Below, in pieces: positions 17,888 through 27,838 of a stretch of DNA of 64,000 bases. Positions within the stretch are counted from its first letter, which is position 1. Each line of letters opens with the position of its first letter. The stretch is taken from NCBI GenBank assembly GCA_963827485.1, contig CAWHBB010000003.1, forward strand, positions 23,476-87,475. Reading direction: 5' to 3'. Position numbers and translations under genes: made by a program. The notes under the pieces were generated by a model. It searched no databases. It was given only the letters and a program-made list of their open reading frames with translations, and had not been told where the DNA came from. The stretch comes from Chlamydiia bacterium. GTDB taxonomy: Bacteria > Chlamydiota > Chlamydiia > Chlamydiales > JAAKFR01.

Positions 17888-18012
17888 TATCCTGCCGCCG
17901 AAGGCGATCGTGCCTATCTTGTTTTGTCAAATTGGGATAACAAGCTTTGCTGAGAATGGTGAATGGGTCCATTTTTAACAGGATGGACAGGATCGCCTCC
18001 GGCGGCAGGATA
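17888..18012. repeat. RE-A4: divergent RE-A-like palindrome
   Basis: 17888-17909 TATCCTGCCGCCGAAGGCGATC versus 17991-18012 GATCGCCTCCGGCGGCAGGATA (21 of 22 complementary). Inner arms resemble the RE-A core (GCGATCGTGC.TATCTTGTT / AACAGGAT..ACAGGATCGC). Confidence 0.5.
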
Positions 18013-18029
18013 GTAAAAATACCTATACA

Positions 18030-18119
18030 CCACGTTTTTCGTTCGAAAAACGTGAAAAGTTCCACTTTTTTCCATGGAAAAAGGTGGTCGATCTACACGT
18101 TTTTCGTTGGAAAAACGTG
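18030..18119. repeat. cluster of three short palindromic hairpins
   Basis: CACGTTTTTCGTTCGAAAAACGTG (18030-18053), CCACTTTTTTCCATGGAAAAAGGTGG (about 18062-18088) and CACGTTTTTCGTTGGAAAAACGTG (18096-18119). Confidence 0.6.
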
Positions 18120-19743
18120 TTTGGTAAATCTTTTTTGAAGAGAAGCGGGCAGGAGCGTCTCGAAGAGCTCAGGCGTCTTGAAGAGAAAGGCCAAGGCGAA
18201 GAAGAGGGCGAGGAAGAGGCCTCCCTCCAGAAAGAGAAGGGTGCTTTTGGCGATAAGACCTTGAGGAAGGGGATGGAGGGGTCTATCGAGAAGGAAGGGA
18301 ATCGTATTATCATGCAGAATGAAGCCGAGGGCAAGGCATGCAAGCGAGGCGGCACTTGCAGCCACGAGCACTTTAAAGCCGCTCTTGAAGAGCCCCTGGG
18401 AGTAGCTGCCGATCTCTCTTCTGAGAGCAAAAGCGAGATGAGCCCGCATTGAGAAAGGCAGAAAGGGTCGTTGTGAGGGCTATCGCCGTCGCCCCGATCG
18501 AGAAGAAAAAGACCAGAAGCGAGTTCGCCACCAGGCTGAAGAGCATCGCGAGAACTGAGGCGATCGTCGGCGTGCGATAGTTTTTCCTAGCATAGAAGGC
18601 CGAGGCAAGGATGAAGACCAGCGTCGAGGGCACAAGCCCCAGGCTATAAGCCCAGAGCGCACTCGTGGTTTTGGTGAGGGCGCTCACTCCAAAGGCCCCA
18701 CGGCCGTAGACAAAGTCGGTCGAGGATAGTCCCAGGACGAGTAGCGCCGAGGTGAGCGGAATCATACACGCAAGGGTGCGCCGAATCGCCTGGTTGATGA
18801 GCTCGCGGTAGCGCTCCCTTTCTTCAGCTGCCCGTGCGATGGGAGGGAAAAAAGCGGCGCTCACCCCCACTCCGACAAGGGCAAGCGGCAGCTGCTGGAG
18901 CCTTGCGGCATACCAGAGGAGGGCGGGTCCCTCAGGGTCGGCAAAGCGGGCGAAGAAGGCGTCGAAAAAGGTGTTGAGCTGGGTAGCGCCCACCCCCACA
19001 AGAGCGAGGGCAAAGGGACGCAAGATAGCCATGTATTCTTTGAATTTTAGCCACTTTATTCCCTCGAGATGGGGTCGGATCTTTTTGAAAACAGCAAGCC
19101 AGGTGACAAACCATTTGAGCCCGAGGGCTGCGACGATCACCATGGAGAGGATCTCGAGCGCCCGCCCTTGATGGCTCGGCAAAAACAGGAGTGTCACCAC
19201 CCAGACCACATTCAGGAGGGCAGGGGCAGCGCTTGCCAAAAAGTAGCTCTCCTCGCACTGAAGAAATGAGGCGTTGAGAGCGTAGAGAGAGACGAAGATG
19301 AACGAGGGCAGCATCAAGAAGGTGAGCCGTGTGACCAGGCTCGTCTCCTCAGAGAGATTGCCGAAAAAGAGAGCGCTCCCAAGGGCAGCTTCGATTAAGA
19401 GCGCGAGAATAAAGAGCAGGGCGCCCAGGCCGAGAAAGAGGCCCAAGAAAAAGCCGTAGGCCTCTTTGGGGCTCTCTTTCTTTAGCCTCTCGAAGTGGGG
19501 CACAAAAGCCACATGCAGCCCCCCCTCTCCGAAGAGCCGACGCAGGAGATGGGAGAAGCGAAAGGCCATCCAGAAGGCGGCCACTTCGACCGAGATGCCA
19601 AAGAGAGCAGCCATAGCAAGCTCTCTGAAGAAGCCGGTGGCTCTCGAAAAGAGCGTGCCGGCAAAGAAGCGGCGGAAGCTTGAGCCAATGGCCTCCAGAT
19701 GGGATTTGGATTGAGCTTGAGAGAGGGTTTTTAGATCAGACAC
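18093..19743 (-). pseudogene. murJ: lipid II flippase MurJ, reading frame broken by an apparent 1-nt frameshift near 18445
   Basis: The N-terminal 430 aa (frame of ORF 18373..19959, GTG start 19743) carry MurJ motifs (TLFSRATGFFRE...FG, LLRRLFGEGGLHVAFVPHF). The expected C-terminus (LAFALRREIGSY... plus 2 TM) continues in ORF 18093..18449. Confidence 0.6.
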
Positions 19744-19807
19744 GGCCCAAAGATGACAGAGGGAAGCTCTCTTGTCAATAGAGACCACTTTTGATAAGCT
19801 ACCACCT

Positions 19808-20697
19808 ATGACTAAGAAAAAAAGCGACGTAGATAAGCTGCTAATCGGCGCCCATACCTCGATTGCGGGAGGGCTACACAACGCCCTGATACAGGGAAAG
19901 GCGATCGGAGCGACCACGGTGCAGATCTTCACCGCCAACCAGAGGCAGTGGAAGGCCAAAGAGATCAGCGAGGAGGCGGTCGAGCTCTTTCAGGCCACTC
20001 TTGAGGAGACCGGCCTCAGCTCGATCATGAGCCATGCAAGCTATCTCATCAATTTGGGCTCAGCCGATCCCGAGATCCTGACAAAGAGCCGCAAAGCGTT
20101 TAACGAGGAGATCGAGCGATCGCTTGCCCTCGGTCTCTCCTTCGTCAATTTTCACCCTGGTGCTGCGACGAGCGGCAGCCGTGAGCGCTGTCTGGACTGC
20201 ATCGTGGAGAGCCTTTGTGGCTACCAAGATCTCTTCGACGACGACGGCATGCGCCTGCTTCTGGAGAGCACAGCTGGCCAGGGCACCACGGTGGGAACCA
20301 CCTTTGAGGAGCTTGCCTACATCCTGGAGCGCACAGCGCACAAGCTGCCCATGGGAGTCTGTATCGACACCTGCCACCTCTTTGCGAGCGGCTACGACAT
20401 CCGCACGAAGCAGGATTGGCAAAAGCTTCTCTCTGAATTCGATCAAAAGATCGGTCTCAAGCACCTCTCAGCCATCCATGTGAACGATTCGGTTGCCGGC
20501 CTTGGCAGCCGCAAAGATCGCCACGCCTCTCTTGGCGAGGGTCAGATCGGTATCGACTCCTTCCGCTACATGATGCAGGCAAGCGAGCTTGCCTCTGTCC
20601 CCAAATATCTCGAGACGCCCGAGGGGCCCGCTGTCTGGGACAAGGAGATCTGGATGCTGCGAGAATTTGCTCTAAACCCGACTCCGGCAGGTCACTG

Positions 20698-20698
<1 letters not shown>
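19808..20698 (+). CDS. nfo: endonuclease IV
   Basis: LLIGAHTSIAGGL, VQIFTANQRQW, HPG and CIDTCHLFASGYD motifs. ATG 19808 is preferred over TTG 19772. Confidence 0.9.
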
Positions 20699-22077
<1,379 letters not shown>

Positions 22078-22107
22078 GCCAATTCTTCTCCATCGTTCTT
22101 ATCGTTG

Positions 22108-22156
22108 TATCGTTCTAATCGCTATCTTGAGGTCGAGGATAACGATTAGAACGATA
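22108..22156. terminator. bidirectional stem-loop between convergent asnS and the porin array
   Basis: Perfect 14-bp stem TATCGTTCTAATCG (22108-22121) / CGATTAGAACGATA (22143-22156) with a 21-nt loop. Confidence 0.5.
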
Positions 22157-22165
22157 GGAGATTCG

Positions 22166-22220
22166 TCAGGCAAAGAGTTTTGCACGCATCTCTTGCTTGG
22201 TAGGGAAGCCTCTGATCTCT
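22166..22220 (-). repeat. relic copy of the hemA 3' end (last 17 codons plus stop)
   Basis: Reverse strand reads EIRGFPTKQEMRAKLFA*, versus EIRRFHAKQEKRAKLFA* for hemA at 24947-25000. About 44 of 51 nt are identical by hand alignment. Confidence 0.6.
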
Positions 22221-22238
22221 CTTTGCTCTGTCTCTCTG

Positions 22239-23108
22239 TTAGAAGCGCAGCTGACCATTGACATAGAGCCCCCTCTCATCCCCCACGCGCCCTTCGACCG
22301 TTAGGCCGAGCTGATGGGCAAAGATGGTCGAAATGCCGTAGGCAAAGCCTATCTTTCTTCGCGAACGGAGATTATAGAGCGTTGCAGTTGTCGTTGCCGA
22401 GGGCAGGCCCACGATCACACTGTTGTTCATATCTAAGGTGGCCCTTGAGCCCTTCACCCCAACATAGGGAACTGCAGAGGTGATCAGGCTCCCCTTCAGT
22501 TTCAAATCGTAGTAGGCGCCAGCACCTATCTGCCATTCGGAGTATTTCATCGGCACTCCCTTAGGATAAACCACTACGCGGTGGGGATCGCGGAAGAAAT
22601 CGAGTTCGGAAGAGTTGCGGAAATATTGCCCCTCAGCGCCGATGCCAAAACAGCCATATCGGTAGAGGGTGGCCCGCGCCCCGAGGCTCCAGGAGAACTT
22701 AGCCTTAGATTCCACATGGTCGCGGTAGCGGTCGATAAAGGCATCAGGAGTATCTGTCGTTGCACTGAGAGCGCTTCCAAAGCTAATGAGAGAGATCTTG
22801 GTCGTCCCAAGGGTGCTAAAAATGTCGAGCCGATTGCATAGATTCACTACGAGAAAAGCGGCGTCGGTTCTGAGCTCTGTTCTGTAAATATCGGCCGGAA
22901 GTCTATTCCCCATGTAGCGATCGAAGACAAAGTCCCCATAGTAGCCGAAACCCACTCGCTCGATTGGCCAGAGATCAAAACAGCTGCAGCACGCCCCTCT
23001 ACTACGAAATAAGCGCGGCTCGGTAGGGTTGCCAAGAGGGAGCGCATAGGCGGTTGCAGAGGAGAGCGCCCAGAGAACCTTCCAGAGAATTGGCCATAAT
23101 TTTTTCAT
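22239..23108 (-). CDS. MOMP-family outer membrane porin, paralog 1
   Basis: Signal peptide then LPLGNPTEP (Chlamydia MOMP has LPVGNPAEP). Cys-rich. C-terminal ...VNGQLRF beta-barrel signature. Confidence 0.8.
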   Translation of the reverse strand: MKKLWPILWKVLWALSSATAYALPLGNPTEPRLFRSRGACCSCFDLWPIERVGFGYYGDFVFDRYMGNRLPADIYRTELRTDAAFLVVNLCNRLDIFSTLGTTKISLISFGSALSATTDTPDAFIDRYRDHVESKAKFSWSLGARATLYRYGCFGIGAEGQYFRNSSELDFFRDPHRVVVYPKGVPMKYSEWQIGAGAYYDLKLKGSLITSAVPYVGVKGSRATLDMNNSVIVGLPSATTTATLYNLRSRRKIGFAYGISTIFAHQLGLTVEGRVGDERGLYVNGQLRF

Positions 23109-23134
23109 AATCATTCTCTCTCGTCCTTTAGATT

Positions 23135-23989
23135 TTAGAAACGCAGCTGCCCATTTACATAAAGAGCCAGTTCATCTCTGAAGCGCGCTTCCACCGTTAG
23201 CCCAAGCTGATTGCAAAAGAGCAGCGTTGTTCCCAAAGCAAAGCCGAGATGCCGCCTTGAACGCAGGTTGGGAAGGTGGTAGCTGTCGATGTCAAAGCTG
23301 CTAGGTATAGTGATGAAGCCGTTGCTTAAATTAAGATGCGCCTTTGACCACTTCAAGCCAGCATAGGGAATTGCCGAGGAGAGGTAGCAATAGCAGGGAT
23401 CGCACTCGATCCTGTAAAAACCCCCTACGCCCACCTGCCATTCGCGATATTTCATAGGAATATGGTCGGGAAAAGCTAGAGAGTCTAGATTGTCGGCAAT
23501 AAAGTTGATGTTGGGAGTGGTGTGGGAATATTGACCCTCCACGCCGAGCCCAAAGCAGGAACATTGCCAGAGGGTTGCTCTCGCGCCTAAGCTCCAAGAG
23601 AAGTGGGAGGTCGATTCAAGGGTAACACCGCGCGGTGGAGGAACCCCTGCTTGCACCGATCCACCTCCGAAGTCCTTCCCGCGGCCCAAAAGCGTGATTT
23701 TGCTGACCCCTAGGCTTGTGAAAAGATCGATCGTGTCAAAGGCGTTTGCGACCAGATAGCCCGCCTGCGTAGTGATCTCTGTCTTTGGCATGGTCGAGGG
23801 TATGGAGGTGGCCATGCGGCGATTGAACACAAAGTCGCCGTAGTAGCCTAGGCCTACATTGAAATAGTCCCAGCTACATCCCGAATAGCAGTAGATTGGA
23901 AAGAGGCTCGGCTCAGCCGGATTTCCAAGAGGAAGAGCGTAGAGGGGAAGGTAGCTCAAGATCCACAGAAGCAGTGCAGTTTTTTTCAT
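23135..23989 (-). CDS. MOMP-family outer membrane porin, paralog 2
   Basis: MKKTALLLWILSYLPLYALPLGNPAEPSLF N-terminus. Ends in VNGQLRF. Confidence 0.8.
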   Translation of the reverse strand: MKKTALLLWILSYLPLYALPLGNPAEPSLFPIYCYSGCSWDYFNVGLGYYGDFVFNRRMATSIPSTMPKTEITTQAGYLVANAFDTIDLFTSLGVSKITLLGRGKDFGGGSVQAGVPPPRGVTLESTSHFSWSLGARATLWQCSCFGLGVEGQYSHTTPNINFIADNLDSLAFPDHIPMKYREWQVGVGGFYRIECDPCYCYLSSAIPYAGLKWSKAHLNLSNGFITIPSSFDIDSYHLPNLRSRRHLGFALGTTLLFCNQLGLTVEARFRDELALYVNGQLRF

Positions 23990-24010
23990 AAGTTCTCTTG
24001 GCATTTGAGA

Positions 24011-24895
24011 TTAGAATCGAATTTCTCCGTTAACAAAAAGCGCTCGTTCATCTCTAAAGCGGGCCTCAACAGTCAACCCAAAGCGGTTGCAAAAAGCAAG
24101 CGTCACCCCTAAGGCATAGCCCAGGCGCCTCTGTGAGCAAAGGTTTAAAAGAGTCAGTGAACTAATAGAGGAGAGGCCATTTTCATTGATGATCAGGGAA
24201 TTTCCCATATTCACATGGGCCGACGACCACTTGATACCTGCATAGGGAACTGCAGCAGAGACAAAAGATCCTTCGCAGAGGAAGAGGTAGTAGGCGCCAA
24301 GACCGAGCTGCCACTCCCGCTCCCTCATAGGCACCTTATCGGGATATTCGAGGAAGACCTCTTGGTCAGAGACCGAATCAACATGGGTGCTCGTATGGAA
24401 GTATTGCCCCTCAACTCCCACTCCAAAAGGACCACACTCAAATAGACTGGCGCGGGCGCCAAGGCTCCATGAAAAGCGGGTGTCCGATTCGATGGTGATC
24501 GCACGAGAGGCAGGAGGAAAGCGCAGCACTTGGTTGAGAGAGTCGCTGATGGCTAGCAGCTGTAGCCTAGAGGCGCCGAGCGTGGTAAAAAGATCGAGGC
24601 GATCGGCGAAATTCAGGGCGATAAACCCAGCCTGGGTGTTGATCTTGCTCTTCATCATCCCAGCGGGAAGATTATTTTTCAGATGGCGATCGAAGACAAA
24701 ATCGCCCACGTAGCCCACTCTGAGCGAGGTCATTTCGAAAAAATCGCCTCCCCATCCGCAAGGGTAGATCGGATCGCAGGGGGAAGGGAAGCTCCAAATG
24801 CAGCCCCTGTTAAATAGAGTCGGATCGGCAGGATTGCCCAGAGGAAGCGCTTGTAGAGAGGCAGTGGAGAGCAGGGCTAGCAGAAATTTCTTCAT
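24011..24895 (-). CDS. MOMP-family outer membrane porin, paralog 3
   Basis: MKKFLLALLSTASLQALPLGNPADPTLF N-terminus. Ends in VNGEIRF. Confidence 0.8.
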   Translation of the reverse strand: MKKFLLALLSTASLQALPLGNPADPTLFNRGCIWSFPSPCDPIYPCGWGGDFFEMTSLRVGYVGDFVFDRHLKNNLPAGMMKSKINTQAGFIALNFADRLDLFTTLGASRLQLLAISDSLNQVLRFPPASRAITIESDTRFSWSLGARASLFECGPFGVGVEGQYFHTSTHVDSVSDQEVFLEYPDKVPMREREWQLGLGAYYLFLCEGSFVSAAVPYAGIKWSSAHVNMGNSLIINENGLSSISSLTLLNLCSQRRLGYALGVTLAFCNRFGLTVEARFRDERALFVNGEIRF

Positions 24896-24946
24896 GGCAA
24901 CTCTTTCGCAAAATAGAAGAGCCACTTTTATATATTTAGTTTTAAT

Positions 24947-25954
24947 TTAAGCAAAGAGCTTTGCGCGCTTCTCTTGCTTGGCATGGAAGCGTCGGATCTC
25001 TTTGTGGACAGCCTCTAGGAGTGGCTGTGAGTGGGGGTGAAGGGGCAAATGGGGATTGTTTGAAGCCAGTTTCTGGATGTCGTCGATGTTGTAGAGCGTG
25101 CAGCTTTGGGCGATCCGAGGGTCGATGTTGCGAGGCAGCGCAAGGTCGAAGAGCAGCTTGCCCTGAGAGCGGGCCGTGAGATGGGAGGGCTCGAGAAGGT
25201 AGTCGCTCGAGCGCGTGGCAAAGATGAGCGCATCGTAGTTTAAAAAATGGTCCACTGCCTCCCACGGCTGCCACTCCACCTCCTCCTCGAGGGCGATGTG
25301 GGCCCCTCTTTTTTCGCTCCTATTGGTCAGGGCCACTCGGTAGAGCCCCCTTGCTTTCAAGAAGCGAGCAATTTTCTGGTTGATCGCCGAGGCGCCGATG
25401 AGAAGGATTCTTTTTTCGGGCGAGCAGGCCAGGCGCTGATCGATCAGCTTGACAAGCGCCTTTTCAAGAGCGTGATGGGCGCCTCTGTTCAACGAAGAGC
25501 TCTCATGGCGCAGCTTTTTGCCCATGTTGAGAGCTCGCTGGAAAAGGTAGTGCAGCTCGCTGGGGAGCGCCATCTGCTCTTGCGCCGCTGTATAGGCATT
25601 TTTGACCTGGCCCTGGATCTCGGTCTCGCCAAAGATGGCGCTATCAAAACCGGAGACCACTTTGGCCAGATGGAGGAAGCACTCGGGTCCAAAGAAAGAG
25701 TAGAGCGCCTGCTCGACCGGAAGCTCGCAGCACTCTTTAATTTCGCTGCGCAAGAAAGCCAAAAGAAAGCTATGAATAGAGGCAAGATCGGGGCCGCTGA
25801 AATAGAGCTCCGAGCGGTTGCAGGTCGAAAGGAGCACATAGGGAAAGAGATAGAGAAAAGGAGAGCGGAAGCGAAAATTCAGCTTTTTGGCGACTTCTTC
25901 TCGCAGGATTAAGCCGGCCGATTTATGATTGATTCCTATCACCGCTATTTGCAT
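24947..25954 (-). CDS. hemA: glutamyl-tRNA reductase
   Basis: MQIAVIGINHKSA...LLSTCNRSELYF catalytic Cys motif and an NADPH-binding region ILLIGASAINQKIA. Start trimmed to MQIAV. Confidence 0.9.
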   Translation of the reverse strand: MQIAVIGINHKSAGLILREEVAKKLNFRFRSPFLYLFPYVLLSTCNRSELYFSGPDLASIHSFLLAFLRSEIKECCELPVEQALYSFFGPECFLHLAKVVSGFDSAIFGETEIQGQVKNAYTAAQEQMALPSELHYLFQRALNMGKKLRHESSSLNRGAHHALEKALVKLIDQRLACSPEKRILLIGASAINQKIARFLKARGLYRVALTNRSEKRGAHIALEEEVEWQPWEAVDHFLNYDALIFATRSSDYLLEPSHLTARSQGKLLFDLALPRNIDPRIAQSCTLYNIDDIQKLASNNPHLPLHPHSQPLLEAVHKEIRRFHAKQEKRAKLFA

Positions 25955-25984
25955 AGGTAGAGGGTATATTTCAAAGTCCATATA

Positions 25985-27838
25985 ATGACAAGTATGCGTA
26001 AATACGACGAAGAAGCCATTCAGACCCTCGATGCTCTCACCCACATCCGCCTGCGCCCCGGCATGTACATCGGACGTCTCGGAGATGGCTCGCACATCGA
26101 CGATGGCATCTATGTGCTTCTCAAAGAGATCATCGACAACAGCATCGATGAGTTCATCATGGGCAACGGCCAGAAAATCCAGATCACCTTTGACGAAGAG
26201 ACCAACATGACCACCGTGCGCGATTTCGGTCGCGGCATCCCTCTCGGCAAAGTGATCGACTGCTGCAGTCTGATCAACACCGGCGCCAAGTATAGCGACG
26301 ACGTCTTCCAGTTCTCCGTCGGTCTCAACGGTGTCGGTTTAAAAGCGGTCAACGCTCTCTCCTCGCACTTCCGCATCCAGAGCTTTCGCGGTGGCCAGTG
26401 CTTCGACGCCACCTTCCGCTCGGGCAAGCTGGTCTCGAAGAAGCAGTCGAAGAGCAAAGAGCCGAGCGGCACCTATGTCGAATTTGCTCCCGATAAAGAG
26501 ATCTTCAACAAATTCCACTACGAGCTGGAATTCATCCGCAAACGGCTCTGGAACTACGCTTTCCTCAACCGCGGTCTCACTCTCTACTTCCAAGGCGAAG
26601 CGATCCAGTCGGAAAATGGCCTTGTCGATCTTCTGAACGCCGAGCTTTTGGAAAACCGACTCTACGAGCCGCTCGCCTACCGCGATGCCCACCTGGAGTT
26701 TGCTCTCCTGCACACCGAATCTTACGGCGAGGTCTATTTCTCCTACGTCAACGGTCAGTACACAAGCGATGGGGGCACCCATCTGGCCGCCTTTAAAGAG
26801 GCGCTTGCCCGCGCTGTCAATGAGTATGCCAAAAAGAGCTACCAGGCAGTCGACATCCGCGAAGGGATGGTGGGCGCTGTCGCGATTCGGATCAAAAATC
26901 CGGTCTTCGAGTCGCAGACCAAAAATAAGCTCTCCAACCCCGAGGTGAAGGGGGAGTTTGTCCAGAAAATTCAAGGAGCCATCCTCAACCTTCTCCACGA
27001 GAAAAAGGAGGTGGCCGCCCTTCTCTTAGAGCGTATCGCCTTCAACGAAAAGCTGAGGCGCGAGCTCTCCCTCGTCAAAAAAGAGGCCAAGGAGAAGCAG
27101 AAGAAGATCTCCTATAACATCCCCAAGCTGCGCGACTCTAAGTTCCACTACAACGAAGAGACGATCTACCGAGAAGAGACGATGATCTTCTTGACCGAGG
27201 GCGAATCGGCAAGCGCCTCTATCGTGGCCGCACGCAATCCCCACACGCAGGCGATCTACTCGCTCAGAGGCAAGCCGCTCAACGTCTACGGCATGAAACT
27301 CGATCAGCTCTATCGCAACGAGGAGATGTACAACTTGATGATGGCGCTTGGCATCGAAGAGGATCTGGCCAATTTGCGCTACAACAAGGTGGTTTTGGCC
27401 ACCGATGCCGATGTGGATGGCATGCACATCCGCAACCTCCTGCTCACCTTCTTCCTCACCTACTTCGAGGGACTGGTCTCCGCAGGCCACCTCTACATCC
27501 TCCAGACGCCGATCTTCAAGGTGCGCGATAAGGAGAAAACGGTCTTTTGCTATAGCAAAGCTGAGAAGGAAAAGGCGGTCGAGGCGGCTGCCAAAAGGGG
27601 GTCGAAGGCCTCGATCGAGATCACCCGATTCAAGGGCCTTGGCGAGATCTCTCCAGGAGAGTTTAAGCAGTTTATCGGCCCCGATATGCGCCTCGAGAGG
27701 GCCGCCATCAACCACCTCTCCGACGTGCCGACCACTTTGAGCTTCTACATGGGCAAAAATAGCCCCGAGCGCAAGAGCTTCATCATGGAAAATCTCATCC
27801 ACGAGGATAAAGTCTCTCCCGAGGAGGAAGCTCTATGA
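25985..27838 (+). CDS. parE: type IIA topoisomerase subunit B (ParE / GyrB-2-like)
   Basis: GHKL ATPase (LLKEIIDNSIDE, GLNGVGLKAVN), Toprim (IFLTEGESAS, LATDADVDGMHI) and KGLGE. The short B subunit suggests Topo IV-like. Confidence 0.85.
   Translation: MTSMRKYDEEAIQTLDALTHIRLRPGMYIGRLGDGSHIDDGIYVLLKEIIDNSIDEFIMGNGQKIQITFDEETNMTTVRDFGRGIPLGKVIDCCSLINTGAKYSDDVFQFSVGLNGVGLKAVNALSSHFRIQSFRGGQCFDATFRSGKLVSKKQSKSKEPSGTYVEFAPDKEIFNKFHYELEFIRKRLWNYAFLNRGLTLYFQGEAIQSENGLVDLLNAELLENRLYEPLAYRDAHLEFALLHTESYGEVYFSYVNGQYTSDGGTHLAAFKEALARAVNEYAKKSYQAVDIREGMVGAVAIRIKNPVFESQTKNKLSNPEVKGEFVQKIQGAILNLLHEKKEVAALLLERIAFNEKLRRELSLVKKEAKEKQKKISYNIPKLRDSKFHYNEETIYREETMIFLTEGESASASIVAARNPHTQAIYSLRGKPLNVYGMKLDQLYRNEEMYNLMMALGIEEDLANLRYNKVVLATDADVDGMHIRNLLLTFFLTYFEGLVSAGHLYILQTPIFKVRDKEKTVFCYSKAEKEKAVEAAAKRGSKASIEITRFKGLGEISPGEFKQFIGPDMRLERAAINHLSDVPTTLSFYMGKNSPERKSFIMENLIHEDKVSPEEEAL

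Noticed and set aside
18030-18119. Possible CRISPR array (repeated 24-nt palindromes).
   Set aside because: Only three units, irregular spacing, one unit with a different sequence, no cas genes in the window, and the units are hairpins related to the dispersed repeat families.
18084-18452. Glu-rich 122-aa ORF (+) and ORF 18023..18430 (-).
   Set aside because: They overlap the frame that encodes the missing MurJ C-terminal helices. Their low-complexity composition is typical of off-frame translation.
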